Shown: positions 29,599 through 40,100 of the stretch, in pieces
Layout: each line of letters begins with the position of its first letter
Numbering within the stretch: the stretch's first letter is position 1
Source of the DNA: an uncultured delta proteobacterium
Lineage (GTDB): Bacteria; Desulfobacterota; Binatia; Binatales; Binataceae
Direction: 5' to 3'
Length of the DNA: 64,000 nucleotides
Assembly: GCA_963711565.1 (NCBI GenBank)
Contig: CAVQEQ010000004.1
Location: forward strand, 160,001-224,000
Translations under genes and position numbers: made by a program
The notes under the pieces: model-generated
Database searches by the model: none
The model's input: only the letters and a program-made list of their open reading frames with translations
Told to the model about the DNA's origin: nothing

Positions 29599-31094
29599 AG
29601 CGCACGCGTCCTCATCATCTCGGCCCGGAAATCGGCCGGACGCTGCATCAGCGCGTACTCATTTGCCAGTTTCATATGAAGATAAGGATTATCCGGCTCC
29701 AGCTGCACCGCCCGCTCGAGCACATTCGCCGCCGCTGCAAAATCGGGCTTCTCATTCAGGAGTTGTACCAGCAGCCGCAGATAGTCCACGTTGTACGGAT
29801 CGATCTCCACGCAGCGCGCATAGAATGTCAGATTGTCGTTCCAGTAGTGCTCGATCCGAACGGCCGACACGGCGTACGCTGCCAGCACCATCGCCGTCGC
29901 ACCCGCCACCGCGGCCCGCGCGCGCGGATTCACGGCGGCCAGCTCCACCGCCGCGATTGCGACCGCCATGCTCCATCCAAACGACGGCGCATAGAGCAGG
30001 CGGTCCTGCACCAGCGCGTTCAGCGCATTGAGTTTCATAGCCGGCGCGATCGTCAACAGACTCCACGCCGCGCAAAACATATAGAGGTTGCGATGCGGAC
30101 TCCTCCACGCGATTGCCGATGCGATTATCGCCAACGCCGCGATCGCGCCCACCGAGATCAACGTGATCGGCGTCACCCCGGCGCTCCAGTTCACGTTGTG
30201 CGCGGGACCCGCGAGTCCTGGCATCGCTAGCACTCCCAGATACTCAAGCAGCACGACCGGCGCCGTCAATATCAACTCGAACGCTCCGTGCGATGCGGCG
30301 GGCTTCGCCCATCCCAGCGCCGCGAGCGCCTGGTTGTACGGCGCGCCGAAGTAATCCTCCGGCCCCAGCGCGTAGAGGCGTGCGGCCATGTATCCAATCG
30401 CGATCGCGATGAACGGCGCCGCGAGCCGGATCGATTCGCACGCGCGTTTTCGCTCGATCAGGTAAGCGTATGCGCCGGCGATCAGCGGAAAGAGGATCGC
30501 GCTCTCATGCGTCAGGATTGCGCACGCGTATAGAAGCAGTGCGATGAACAAGCCGCGCGACCAGCCCGGCTTGCGCCCGATCAGAAAGATTAGCGCCCCC
30601 AGCTCGAACGCGGTCGACAGCGGTTCGGGTATCGCGCTGGCCCACACCACCGCCTCGACGTGGGCCGGCATCACCCCGAAAATCGCCGCCGTCAGCAACG
30701 CGGTCGCGACGTCGCCGGTCAGCAATTGCGCCGCCCGAAAGCACAGCAGCACCACCACCGCGTGCAGCGCGATCTTCGCCAGATGCCACGCCGCCGGATG
30801 CGTTCCGAACAGCAGCGCGTTGACCGCGAACCAGGCGTTCTCGAGCGGCCGGTAGTAGGCGCTCTGCGGCAGCTTGGTCGGATCGCGAAACCACCAGATG
30901 TCATGGATGAACGAGTTGCCGACGAACGACCAGCTGTGAATGAACTGGTTGTTTACGATCTCCTGCCAATCGTCGAAGACCCAGCCGTTGCGCAGGCTCG
31001 GCAGGTAGATCGCGATCGTCGCAATCACGATCGCGCCGAGCAGCCCGGCTTGCCGCGCTGTCAGCGGCGCCGGCGCCGAGCTCGACTTCATCAC
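29565..31094 (-). CDS. TMTC-like GT-C membrane protein with C-terminal TPRs (copy B)
   Basis: 'WVFDD', 'YYRPL', 'PAHVEAVVW', 'HESA', 'DRLLYAPSFG', TPR. Confidence 0.78.
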   Translation of the reverse strand: MMKSSSAPAPLTARQAGLLGAIVIATIAIYLPSLRNGWVFDDWQEIVNNQFIHSWSFVGNSFIHDIWWFRDPTKLPQSAYYRPLENAWFAVNALLFGTHPAAWHLAKIALHAVVVLLCFRAAQLLTGDVATALLTAAIFGVMPAHVEAVVWASAIPEPLSTAFELGALIFLIGRKPGWSRGLFIALLLYACAILTHESAILFPLIAGAYAYLIERKRACESIRLAAPFIAIAIGYMAARLYALGPEDYFGAPYNQALAALGWAKPAASHGAFELILTAPVVLLEYLGVLAMPGLAGPAHNVNWSAGVTPITLISVGAIAALAIIASAIAWRSPHRNLYMFCAAWSLLTIAPAMKLNALNALVQDRLLYAPSFGWSMAVAIAAVELAAVNPRARAAVAGATAMVLAAYAVSAVRIEHYWNDNLTFYARCVEIDPYNVDYLRLLVQLLNEKPDFAAAANVLERAVQLEPDNPYLHMKLANEYALMQRPADFRAEMMRTRALWGKSQAVPSP

Positions 31095-32635
31095 GGCGCC
31101 GCGCGCTCCTTTTCCGAAAGCGCGTGCATCCGCGCGACCTCGGCCTGGGCGTCCGCTCCCCGCTGCATCAGTACGTATTGATCCAGCAGCCGCTGGTGAA
31201 GATACAAACTGTCCGGATCCAGACTCACCGCATGCTGGAGCGCATTCATCGCCCCCGTCAGATCGCTCTGCTCATTCAGAATTTCCACCTGCTTGCGCAG
31301 AAGCTCGCGATCGTGCGGAGCGCGCGCCACGCAGGCCGCATAGAAGGTCACGTCGTCGTGCCAGTAATGTTCGATTCGCGCCGCGGACACGGCGTACGCC
31401 GTCAGCAGAATCGCCATCGCACCCACCACCGCGATACGGGTGCGCGGGCCGGTAGCCGCCAGATGCACCGCCGCCATCGCCAGCGCGAGGCTGAATCCGA
31501 ACGACGGCGCATAGAGGACGCGGTCGACGATCAGCGCGGCTAGCGCGTTGAGTTTCATCGAAGGCGCGAAGGTTATCAGGCTCCACGCCGCGCAAAACAG
31601 GTACAGGTTGCGATACGAACTCCGCCACGCCGCGCCCAGCGCGATTGCCGCCAGCACTGCCAGGATGCCCGCCGCTATGAACGTGATTGGAGCGACGCTG
31701 GAGATCCAATCCAGGTTGTGCGCGGGACCCGCCATCCCGGGAATCGTCAGCACGCCAATGTATCCAAGGAACGCGACCGGCGCCGTCAAAATCAGGCCGA
31801 GAAGTGAAGGCGGAGGAACCGGTCGCGCCCATCCGAGCAAGACATAGGCCGGCTGATGGAACGGGATGGCGAAGTAGGCGTCAGTGCCCAGCGCGTACAG
31901 GCGCGCGATCAGGTACGCAATCGCGAGCACCAAAAACGGCGCCGCCAGCCGCATCGATTCGCCGACGTGCTTCCCTTCGATCAGAAAACCGTAGGCCGCG
32001 ATAATCAACCAGAAGAGAACCGCCGTCTCGTGACTCAGCAGCGCGCCGGTGTAAAGCACCAGCGCGAACACCAGGCCGCGCGACCATCTTTGTCCCGCAT
32101 CGCGGCCGATCAGGCAGCATAGCGCGCCCAACTCGAATATCGCCGAGAGCGGTTCTCCGATCGCCGACGCCCACACTACCGCCTCGACGTTGGCGGAAAG
32201 CATTCCAAAAATTGCCGCGGTCAGCAGCGCAATGGCCGTGCTGCGAGTGAGCAGTTGCGCGAGCCGGAAGCAAAGCATCACGGCGATCAGTTCGACCACG
32301 GTTTTTTCGAGATGCCATGCGGCCGGATGATTGCCCAGGATCATGTAATTCAGCGCGAACCACGTCGCCTGGAGCGGACGATAGTAGGCGCTGCGCGGCA
32401 GATTGTCCGGATTGAGAAACCACCAACTGTCGTAGATGAAGGATTTCCCTATTCCCGCCCACGTGTGCAGCAGATCGTTGTCGACGATTTGCAACGGATC
32501 GTCGTACACCCAGCCGTTCCGCAGGCTCGGGAGGTAGAGGACTGCGGTCGCAAGCAGGATTCCCGCGAGCATCGCCGCCTCGCGCGGCTCGAGCTTCCGC
32601 AATCGCGGCGCGGATTGTTCCGATGATGCGCTCAT
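31091..32635 (-). CDS. TMTC-like GT-C membrane protein with C-terminal TPRs (copy C)
   Basis: 'WVYDD', 'YYRPL', 'NVEAVVW', 'HETA', 'DRVLYAPSFG', TPR. Confidence 0.78.
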   Translation of the reverse strand: MSASSEQSAPRLRKLEPREAAMLAGILLATAVLYLPSLRNGWVYDDPLQIVDNDLLHTWAGIGKSFIYDSWWFLNPDNLPRSAYYRPLQATWFALNYMILGNHPAAWHLEKTVVELIAVMLCFRLAQLLTRSTAIALLTAAIFGMLSANVEAVVWASAIGEPLSAIFELGALCCLIGRDAGQRWSRGLVFALVLYTGALLSHETAVLFWLIIAAYGFLIEGKHVGESMRLAAPFLVLAIAYLIARLYALGTDAYFAIPFHQPAYVLLGWARPVPPPSLLGLILTAPVAFLGYIGVLTIPGMAGPAHNLDWISSVAPITFIAAGILAVLAAIALGAAWRSSYRNLYLFCAAWSLITFAPSMKLNALAALIVDRVLYAPSFGFSLALAMAAVHLAATGPRTRIAVVGAMAILLTAYAVSAARIEHYWHDDVTFYAACVARAPHDRELLRKQVEILNEQSDLTGAMNALQHAVSLDPDSLYLHQRLLDQYVLMQRGADAQAEVARMHALSEKERAAP

Positions 32636-32802
32636 TGAGAATAGTCCGGCCGCTTCGCTCGGCTACGCAAACTTGCCAAATGCGCCAGCATCCGCAACGC
32701 CGGCACTACGATGCTCAAATGGGTTTCCATCGCGGCGATCTGAAAAGCGAACGGCAGGTCATTGCTGGCCCGCCGTTCGGTTTCAACCACGCAAACGAGC
32801 GC

Positions 32803-33639
32803 TCAGTGCGTGGCGGGTACGGCGGGCGCCGCCGGTATTGCCGGCATCGCCGCCGAAGCTTGCCCTGCCGGCGCCTTGCCCGACGTTATTACTTTGCCGG
32901 GCAAACCAACCGCGGGCACCTGACTCTCAACATAGCCCTTCGGCACGACGAAGGTATCGGCCGGGAGGTCTTTCACCTCGATATTCGTCACCGTGGTGGT
33001 GACGACGAACGGTTTGATTTTGTCCATCGCCGCCTCCATCTTGGCCGCGATGTCCGGCGGCATTTTGGCCGACAGCTTGATCTTGTTTACGAACCGGGCG
33101 CTGATCGACAGGACCGGGATGCCGTCGATCGGGTCGCCCTCGGGCGCCATCGACTTGATCTTGTCCGCCAGCGCCTTTTGATAATCGGCGAACTCTTTGG
33201 CGCCGGGAGCGCCGCTCGCCACGCATTGAGTCAGCCTGAGGGAGCTTTGAGCGGCGGGCACGACGTTGGTGTAATCCTGACAGTCGTATCCCGCCACTTT
33301 ATCCATGCGCGCGGTCTTCTTCAGGCCGACGACTAATTCCGGGCGCGCGATCATTCGCTCCGGACCCGAGATCGGCGGAAACGGAAGCTCCATGTACGCC
33401 TTCTTCTGCGCCAATACGTAATACATCTTGCCGGCGTCGAGATCGGTAATGTACTCGCGCTCGCCGACCACCAGTTTTTGCTTGTGACCCTGGATCATCA
33501 CCGTCTGCTCGGTCTTGTGCCCCGCCGGCTGGTTGCTCTCGGTTACCTCCTGCGTGATCACGACACCCGCCGACGCGGTAGTGGCGGCCAGCGCGAGGAC
33601 AATCGCACCGGCCGCGGCTACTGTGGATTTCATACCCAT
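32803..33639 (-). CDS. Secreted DUF4412-like protein
   Basis: Signal peptide 'ASA'; 'ITDLDAG', 'KVAGYDCQDY', 'DGIP', 'DTFVVPKGY'. Confidence 0.68.
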   Translation of the reverse strand: MGMKSTVAAAGAIVLALAATTASAGVVITQEVTESNQPAGHKTEQTVMIQGHKQKLVVGEREYITDLDAGKMYYVLAQKKAYMELPFPPISGPERMIARPELVVGLKKTARMDKVAGYDCQDYTNVVPAAQSSLRLTQCVASGAPGAKEFADYQKALADKIKSMAPEGDPIDGIPVLSISARFVNKIKLSAKMPPDIAAKMEAAMDKIKPFVVTTTVTNIEVKDLPADTFVVPKGYVESQVPAVGLPGKVITSGKAPAGQASAAMPAIPAAPAVPATH

Positions 33640-33776
33640 TGTTCTCCTTTCAATTTGCTCAGTCTGCGATCAATCGACAAGAAATATCAGTTTGGACCCC
33701 GGCCGGGAAAGTGCCGCAGTGAGCCGAGATTGGAGCCGCAGGCACGGCGGCCTGCGCCACTGGAGAAAGCGGCCCA

Positions 33777-34580
33777 TCAATGCTGCGACGATCCCGCCGC
33801 GCCCGGCGCTGCAGGATTCTTTGGCGCCACCTTTATGAGATGAGGCGTCATCTCCCGTGATTCACCCTTCGTGTAGCCGGCGGGGACGGCGAATACGTCA
33901 GCCGCGAGATCCTTCACCTCGATTTTGGTAACCGTGGTGATGTTCGTGACCGGTTTGTAGCGCGCCAGACCGGCATTGATCCTCGCCGCCTGCTCGGGCG
34001 GAAATCCGCGCGGCGGCACGAACGGCATCGTCGTCCGCGTGATGCCGGATGACAGCGGGATGCCGTCGGGGATTTGGACTTCAGGCGTCGCCGGCGATCG
34101 CTTGAGCCTGGCCGCCTGCGCCTTTTGAAACTCGACGAACTCGCGCGCGCCGGGCGCATCGTGCGCTACACACTTTGTCACCATGAGATTCTGGCGAGCG
34201 ACGACGGCGGAGCCCGCGTAATCGTCGCAGGCGTATCCCGCCACCTTCTCGCTGATGGCGGTCTTCTTCAGCTCGATGAACGATCCTTGCCAGATCAATC
34301 TGACCGAAAGCATTCCGGCGGGGACCGCGAAGTAGCGCCGGGTATCCGTATTGATAACGGTAGTCGTGCCGGCATCGAGGTCGCTGAGGAACTCCCGGTT
34401 GCCCTCGATGACCGCCTGCTTATGCCCCTGGATCATCACGGTCTGATGGTCGGTCCTGGGCGCTGCGGTATTGTCGCTGACGACTACATCCTGCGAAATG
34501 ACGACGCCGGCCGAGACGGTGGCGGCGCCGGTCGCGAGGGCGAGAGCGAAGGCCGCGGCTAATCCGGATTTCAGACTCAT
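33777..34580 (-). CDS. Secreted DUF4412-like protein (tandem paralog)
   Basis: Shares 'QTVMIQGHKQ', 'KVAGY.C.DY', 'APGA.EF', 'IEVKDL', 'F.VP.GY' with the neighbouring gene. Confidence 0.68.
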   Translation of the reverse strand: MSLKSGLAAAFALALATGAATVSAGVVISQDVVVSDNTAAPRTDHQTVMIQGHKQAVIEGNREFLSDLDAGTTTVINTDTRRYFAVPAGMLSVRLIWQGSFIELKKTAISEKVAGYACDDYAGSAVVARQNLMVTKCVAHDAPGAREFVEFQKAQAARLKRSPATPEVQIPDGIPLSSGITRTTMPFVPPRGFPPEQAARINAGLARYKPVTNITTVTKIEVKDLAADVFAVPAGYTKGESREMTPHLIKVAPKNPAAPGAAGSSQH

Positions 34581-34594
34581 CGCAATCCCTGCAA

Positions 34595-34625
34595 CCTCAC
34601 CCCTCTCCCTTTTGGAGAGGGGGAA
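34595..34625. repeat. REP-like palindrome (CCTCACCCCTCTCCC...GGAGAGGGG class)
   Basis: CCCCTCTCC-CTTTT-GGAGAGGGG stem-loop; related copy at 52041-52076. Confidence 0.55.
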
Positions 34626-34644
34626 CAAAATTTTGCCGGAAATG

Positions 34645-34676
34645 CGGACGGCGGGCCCTTGGGGGCCCGCCGTCCG
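34645..34676 (-). terminator. Strong hairpin downstream of 34726..36519
   Basis: Perfect 14-bp stem CGGACGGCGGGCCC-TTGG-GGGCCCGCCGTCCG; weak U-tract. Confidence 0.6.
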
Positions 34677-34725
34677 GTTACTGTCGTTCAGTTGAGCTGA
34701 TGCTCCGCTACTTCACCCATCGCCC

Positions 34726-36519
34726 CTAGTTCTTGCAGGTCAGAACGATCGGGGTGCTGGCCTGCGCCGGATTCGGGCATGCGCCTACGCCGGTCGGGGC
34801 CGTCTGTGACGCCGCGAACAGGTCGTAGGTGTCAACCTCTGCCGTGCAGCTGCCCGCATGGAAGCCAGTGCAGCAAGCATAAGGCGCGCCTGCACCTGTG
34901 CAGGAGGTGGACTTCTCAGCCGCCGCCGTGCAAGTGCAATTGGCCGCCCATGGGGAGCTCTGCGGTCCGTCGCCCTCGGACACTACGCCCGGAACGCTCA
35001 GGCTCAGAGTGCAAACGCCCGTGGTGCTTCCGGTAACGCCGGTGTGAACCAGCTCGCCGCCGACCGTGCAGGCGCCTTCGCTGGTGTTGGCGACTGTGAC
35101 TGCGATCGACTTAGTCTGCGGAAACGTCGGACCCGTATCGGTCTCGGACGCTGGCGATGCCTTCACCGCCACCGTGCCCGGAACTGCGGATTCCTGCAGA
35201 CCTGTGCAAGTAGCAGTTTCGCCCGGAGGCAGGTATGCGCCACCGAACAGCGCGGGACTCGCAACGCCGGTCACGATGGTGAACGTGTTCTGGTCAGACG
35301 TTCCCCACAGTACCGAGCTGTTGACCTCGTCCGCGCCCACCGCGCTGCCGCCAGCGCAGTCGCCCGTGCCGGTTGACGTGCCCACGCCGGTGCAGCATGA
35401 GAGCGGAGTGCCGGCGCCCGTGCAAGCAGCGGCGGGAACGCCCGCATCTGCGTCACGGCAAACTGGCGTAACCGCTACGGGATAGTCCTCGTCGTAGAGG
35501 GCCGCCTGGTTGTTGGTCGTGCCGTCGCCGTAGGCCTGGAAGTTCTGCTGCTGGAAGTCGCAGTCATAGTTCGCAATGCCAGTCGTATTGCCGATGTCGT
35601 CGTTGCTGTTGAAGGTCAAGCTGCCGAAGGAGTAACCGTTCCCGAATTCAGTCAGCGAACCGGAAGTAGCGCCGTAAGTTCCGGTCGGCTCGTCCTGCTC
35701 GGTTGACTGTCCGGCTGCAACCAAGTCGCTGCTGTTGCCGCCGAAGCCGGTGCACAGCGTTGCGCTCTGACCAATATACGGCGCTTCGCCAACGACGGTC
35801 GGAACCGGGTTCAGCGCTACGCTGGTCGCCTGCCGCTGTCCGACGAAGCTCAGCACCGGTCCAAAAGGCGGAGTCGGTGAATTCGGTCCGCAGCCGGTAA
35901 CGGGATCGTAAGGATTTTCGCACGTTCCCGGAGGATTCGTGGAGGTCTCCCCGGCGCCGCTGCCGCCCTCAGGAATATTGCTGTTTCCTTCCAGGGTCGC
36001 GCCGCCCGCTGCTGCAAACAAGGTGAAGCTGAAAGGCAGAGGGATATCGGCTGAATTGCCGACGCCGACTACCGCGGGGAAGTTCATCACAAACGCGACG
36101 GTCGCGCTCCCGTTGGGTCCCGGTCCAACTCCGCCGCCGAGGATGTGGTCCATGCCGTCGAAGCACGGAACGGTGTTTTCCAACGACGTGATGCTGGGGC
36201 AATTCTGCGGCCCACCCTGGAACGTCTGGTAATCGTTATCCAGGTAGATCATTTCGCCGCTGATGATCGAGCAGCTCTCGGTTGCCGCGGTGTAGGGTCC
36301 GAATTCCAGCACGCCAACTCCCGAGACGTAGTTCAGCGGATAGGTGGCGGCAGTCGTCGTCGCGGTGACGGGCTCGTCTCCAGTGACCAGGAATGCGTAC
36401 TTATGATTGGCCGTCGCGGTACCGCAGATGTACGACGGCAACGTCGCTGCGTTGGCCATCGGAGCAGCCAGCATAGCGAGGCCGCTCACCATTAAGAGAC
36501 CTAGAAGAAATCTTTTCAT
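34726..36519 (-). CDS. Secreted Cys/Gly/Thr-rich protein of unknown function
   Basis: GGAGG RBS before ATG 36519; signal peptide ending 'ANA'; two 'CTGAG(T/A)P..CCTG' motifs. Confidence 0.78.
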   Translation of the reverse strand: MKRFLLGLLMVSGLAMLAAPMANAATLPSYICGTATANHKYAFLVTGDEPVTATTTAATYPLNYVSGVGVLEFGPYTAATESCSIISGEMIYLDNDYQTFQGGPQNCPSITSLENTVPCFDGMDHILGGGVGPGPNGSATVAFVMNFPAVVGVGNSADIPLPFSFTLFAAAGGATLEGNSNIPEGGSGAGETSTNPPGTCENPYDPVTGCGPNSPTPPFGPVLSFVGQRQATSVALNPVPTVVGEAPYIGQSATLCTGFGGNSSDLVAAGQSTEQDEPTGTYGATSGSLTEFGNGYSFGSLTFNSNDDIGNTTGIANYDCDFQQQNFQAYGDGTTNNQAALYDEDYPVAVTPVCRDADAGVPAAACTGAGTPLSCCTGVGTSTGTGDCAGGSAVGADEVNSSVLWGTSDQNTFTIVTGVASPALFGGAYLPPGETATCTGLQESAVPGTVAVKASPASETDTGPTFPQTKSIAVTVANTSEGACTVGGELVHTGVTGSTTGVCTLSLSVPGVVSEGDGPQSSPWAANCTCTAAAEKSTSCTGAGAPYACCTGFHAGSCTAEVDTYDLFAASQTAPTGVGACPNPAQASTPIVLTCKN

Positions 36520-37009
36520 ACGTCCTCCCGAAACATTGAGTAAGATAGAAACCATTTTGAATCCCATATCCCCAAGTGCGCGTGTCCGTATCCGAAGGCC
36601 TGTGCTGCGCCCGTCAAACCTCCTTTCTCACGACGCCGGCGGACTCTACTGCATTCCGCACGACACCGAAATAACCCTCCTTATCCAGTCCCCAACTCGC
36701 GTCCCACTTCCCGCTTGCCCGCCGCGCCTTCATTTGAATCCCGCGATAACTCTCCGATTCACATTGGGAGAGACGGGTTTGCGCTACCGCGGAGCACGTC
36801 TGAGTCTCAAATCGGGACGTACTAACGAGGCACACTCTACTCAGATTTCGAGGAAGGCGACCATCAGGATTGCACCAAAAAGCGTCCGATTATGTGAAAT
36901 AGCAATTTGTGAGCAGTTATTTTGGAACATCCTGACCATGAAAAGGCGAAATGCGGGGACGGCGGCGGGGAATTTTGTGCTCTCAAGCACCTGCTAACAA
37001 GGTGCGCGC

Positions 37010-37039
37010 TTGACAAATTTAGATAAGGCGGGCTACGTT
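37010..37039 (+). promoter_or_regulatory. Candidate sigma70 promoter for 37151..40627
   Basis: TTGACA-N18-TACGTT; RBS GGGAGG at 37135-37140. Confidence 0.4.
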
Positions 37040-37150
37040 CGCGTGCGGTTTTGACATTTGCGCCTATTGCGGCAGGGGCGTGCGACGTACAGCACGAAAA
37101 GCAGCACTTGGCGAATGTCGGACTCACGCACGTAGGGAGGAATCTGGAAA

Positions 37151-40100
37151 ATGCTGTTTAAGTCGTCCACGCGGTCCATCGGCGGCCTCGCGTTCTCGTT
37201 GTTGTTCATGCTGACCGCGACTGCGGGCTCGGCGTTTGCGGATGCTCATCCCAAGCTGAGGTTCAGTCCCAAGGAGCCGCTCAAGTTCGGCGAAGTGGTC
37301 GTTGGTACCACGAGCGCATCGCAGACCTTGACGCTGATTAATGAGGGCCAGGACTTCGCAATTTCGTTGCGCAGTCTAACAGTCAAGAAGCCCTTCGCCA
37401 TCCTCTATAGCAACTGCATGCCCGGCATAGCGGCGGGCGCCAGCTGCGAAGTTGAAATCGAATTCAAGCCGACCGTCCAGGGCGCCTTGCAACTTACCAA
37501 GGGCTTGACGGTAACCGGCTCGTTCAAACAAGGCACTCTGTATTACAAACTCAACGGTACCGGAATCGGCGGAACGGTCCCGACCCCGACTCCGACCACG
37601 ACAATAGCTCCAACCCCGACGGCAACGGCAACCTTGACCGCAACCGCAACGCCGACGGTAACGGCGACCTCGACGCCGACTACAACGGCAACCTTGACGC
37701 CGACCACGACGCAAACGCCGACCCCAACCGTGACCACCACCATCACCCCGACCGCGACGCCGACCACAACGGCGACCTCGACCGCAACGACAACGGCAAC
37801 CTCGACGCCGACTACGACGGCAACTTCTACGGCCACGACAACTGCAACTTCTACGGCGACGACAACTGCAACCTCCACGGCGACGACCACGCCGACCTCA
37901 ACGGCAACGTCAACGACGGGTGCAACTGCAACTGCAACTTCAACCAGCGGCCCCACGGCGACGGCAACCACGACCGCAACGTCAACGCCGACAGTGACCG
38001 CAACCGCGACTCCAACCACGACGGCAACGTCAACCGCGACTACGACGGCGACTGTCACGGCAACGGCGACGGCTACTACCACCGCGACTGCCACCACCAC
38101 CGCGACCGCAACAGCAACCGGAGGGGCGCCGACGGCGACCCCGACGAGCACGCCGGGACCTGAGGCCGGAAGCATCCTGATCGCGGGCGGCGACATCGGC
38201 GGCAAGCTGGAAGGCGTGCTGGAGCTGGCGACCTCGACCGTGTCGAGCGCCGCGGCACAGGTGTTTAGCACCGCGACCAACAACTTCACGGCGGTTGGAT
38301 CGCTCAACATCCCGCGCGAATCGTCGGCGGCAGTTGCGCTGCCCAACGGCGAGGTCCTGATCCTCGGCGGCAACAGCTGCAACTCGGCAGCGTATGGCGC
38401 GGCGACGACCGGCGCCTTCCTGTGCACCGGGCTGTCGAGCGCGGAGCTCTACAACGAGAACACCGAGTCGTTCACCTTCGCGGGCACCTCGTTCGGCGAT
38501 AACCCGAGCGGCGGGATGACGATCGCCCGCAGCGGCCCGAGCGCAACCTTGATCGAGGGCAGCGGCACGGCGCTGGACGGCCAGGTACTGATCGTGGGCG
38601 GTTCGACCGGCATCACGTTCACGTCGGCCACCGCGCAGCCGGGAGCGCCGGGCCAGACCGCGCTCAATACGGCGGAGTTGTACAATCCGGCGACGGATCA
38701 ATTCACCGCGATAAGCGCGGCGGTTCCGGGATGCCCGGCGGGTGAGTCGCCGGCAACGACGCCGGCCTGCACCGACGCGCTGCCTTCGACCTGCGCAGAG
38801 CCGACGAGTGAGACTCCAATCACGACGGCCACGGAAAGCGGAACGACCGTGACGATTACCACCAGCTCGCCGACGCCGGGCCTGACGATTGGCAGCAGCG
38901 TTGTAGTCGCCGGCGTAATCAACCCGGTTACCGGCGCAAGTATCGCCGGCTACAACAGTGTCTTCACCGTAACCGGCATCTCGGGGAACACGTTTACCTA
39001 CACGGCCGCGACAGGTTTGGCCGCGGGTAGCGGCGGCTTTGCCTCGGCCGGTAACATCCTGTCGGCATCGGAGACCGGATCGACTGTAACCGTCACCACC
39101 ACGGCGAATCCGCCGGGCTTGCTGGTGGGTAGCAACGTTACGATCTCGACCGTAAAGATCGGGACCTCGTTTGCGGCTAACGGCTACAATGGGGAGTACG
39201 CCGTGAGCGGCATCCCGTCGAGCACTTCGTTCACCTACACCCCGACCGGGGCTCCAGCTCCGATTACGTCGACCAGCGAAAGCGGAACGACGGTAACGGT
39301 CACCAGCTTGGCTAACCCGGCAGGCCTGGCCGTTGGTAACTCGGTTGTAATCGCCGGCGTAAGCGTTGCCGGATACAACGGAACCTTCACCGTACTCACC
39401 ATTACCGGCACCACCTCGTTCACCTATACGGCGGCGTCGGGATTGAGCCCCGGAACGGGTGGAACGGCGGCAGCGGCCACGCAAGGCTTGACGGCGGCGT
39501 CAGGCGGCGGAGCGTCAACGGCCGACACCTTCGAGTGCGGCATGGTGGACCAGGGCGCGGCGGTGATCCCGGGCGGCAGCGGCGATGTACTGCTGGCGGG
39601 CGGCGACTTCGTCTCCTTCCTGGGTGAGTCGTCGAACTACTCGTTCATCTTCAGCCCGTCAACGCAGACCTTCGCGAAGACCACGGGCAACCTGACGACG
39701 CCGCGCGAGCTGGCGTCGCTGGTAGCGATTCCGTCGGAAGGCACCGTGGTATCGTTCGGCGGAGTCGAGGCCAATAGCGCGGCCTGCCCGGTCAACAGCG
39801 GCGAGATCGTCGTGACCACGCTGACCTCGGCGGAAGTGTACGATCCAGGCACACAGACGTGGGGCACGACCGCCAACAACATGGCTGTGCCGCGCGCAGT
39901 TACGGCGACGCCGATTGTGACCGGCACGCTGGCGGGCGACGTGATCCTGCCTGGCGGTGTCGATGTGGAAGCGGGCACGCTGCCCTCAACCTGCGTCGCG
40001 CTGACCTCGCTGAAGCAGACGGCGCAGTCGGCGACCGATCTGTACGAACCGGGCACGGGCACGGGCGGTACCTTCGTCGCGACCGGCGCGCTCAATCAGC

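Noticed and set aside
27928-32635. O-GlcNAc transferase (OGT) annotation
   Set aside because: The proteins are polytopic GT-C type with short C-terminal TPRs, not soluble GT-B enzymes with N-terminal TPRs.
36595-36790. c-di-GMP-I or c-di-AMP riboswitch
   Set aside because: Only fragments (GCAAACC, GTGAATC) are present, with wrong spacing or order and no GNRA-capped P2.
37574-38160. Thr-X repeat as a CRISPR array or an ice-binding protein
   Set aside because: It is in-frame with synonymous variation and has no repeat-spacer structure. It is Pro-interrupted and lacks the ice-nucleation AGYGST repeat, so a linker is the simpler reading.
37543-39484. Long antisense ORFs (Val/Ala-rich 294 aa; Arg-rich 484 aa), and similar ones at 2620, 28579 and 59209
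   Set aside because: These are expected shadows of GC-rich coding strands, with no motifs or RBS.
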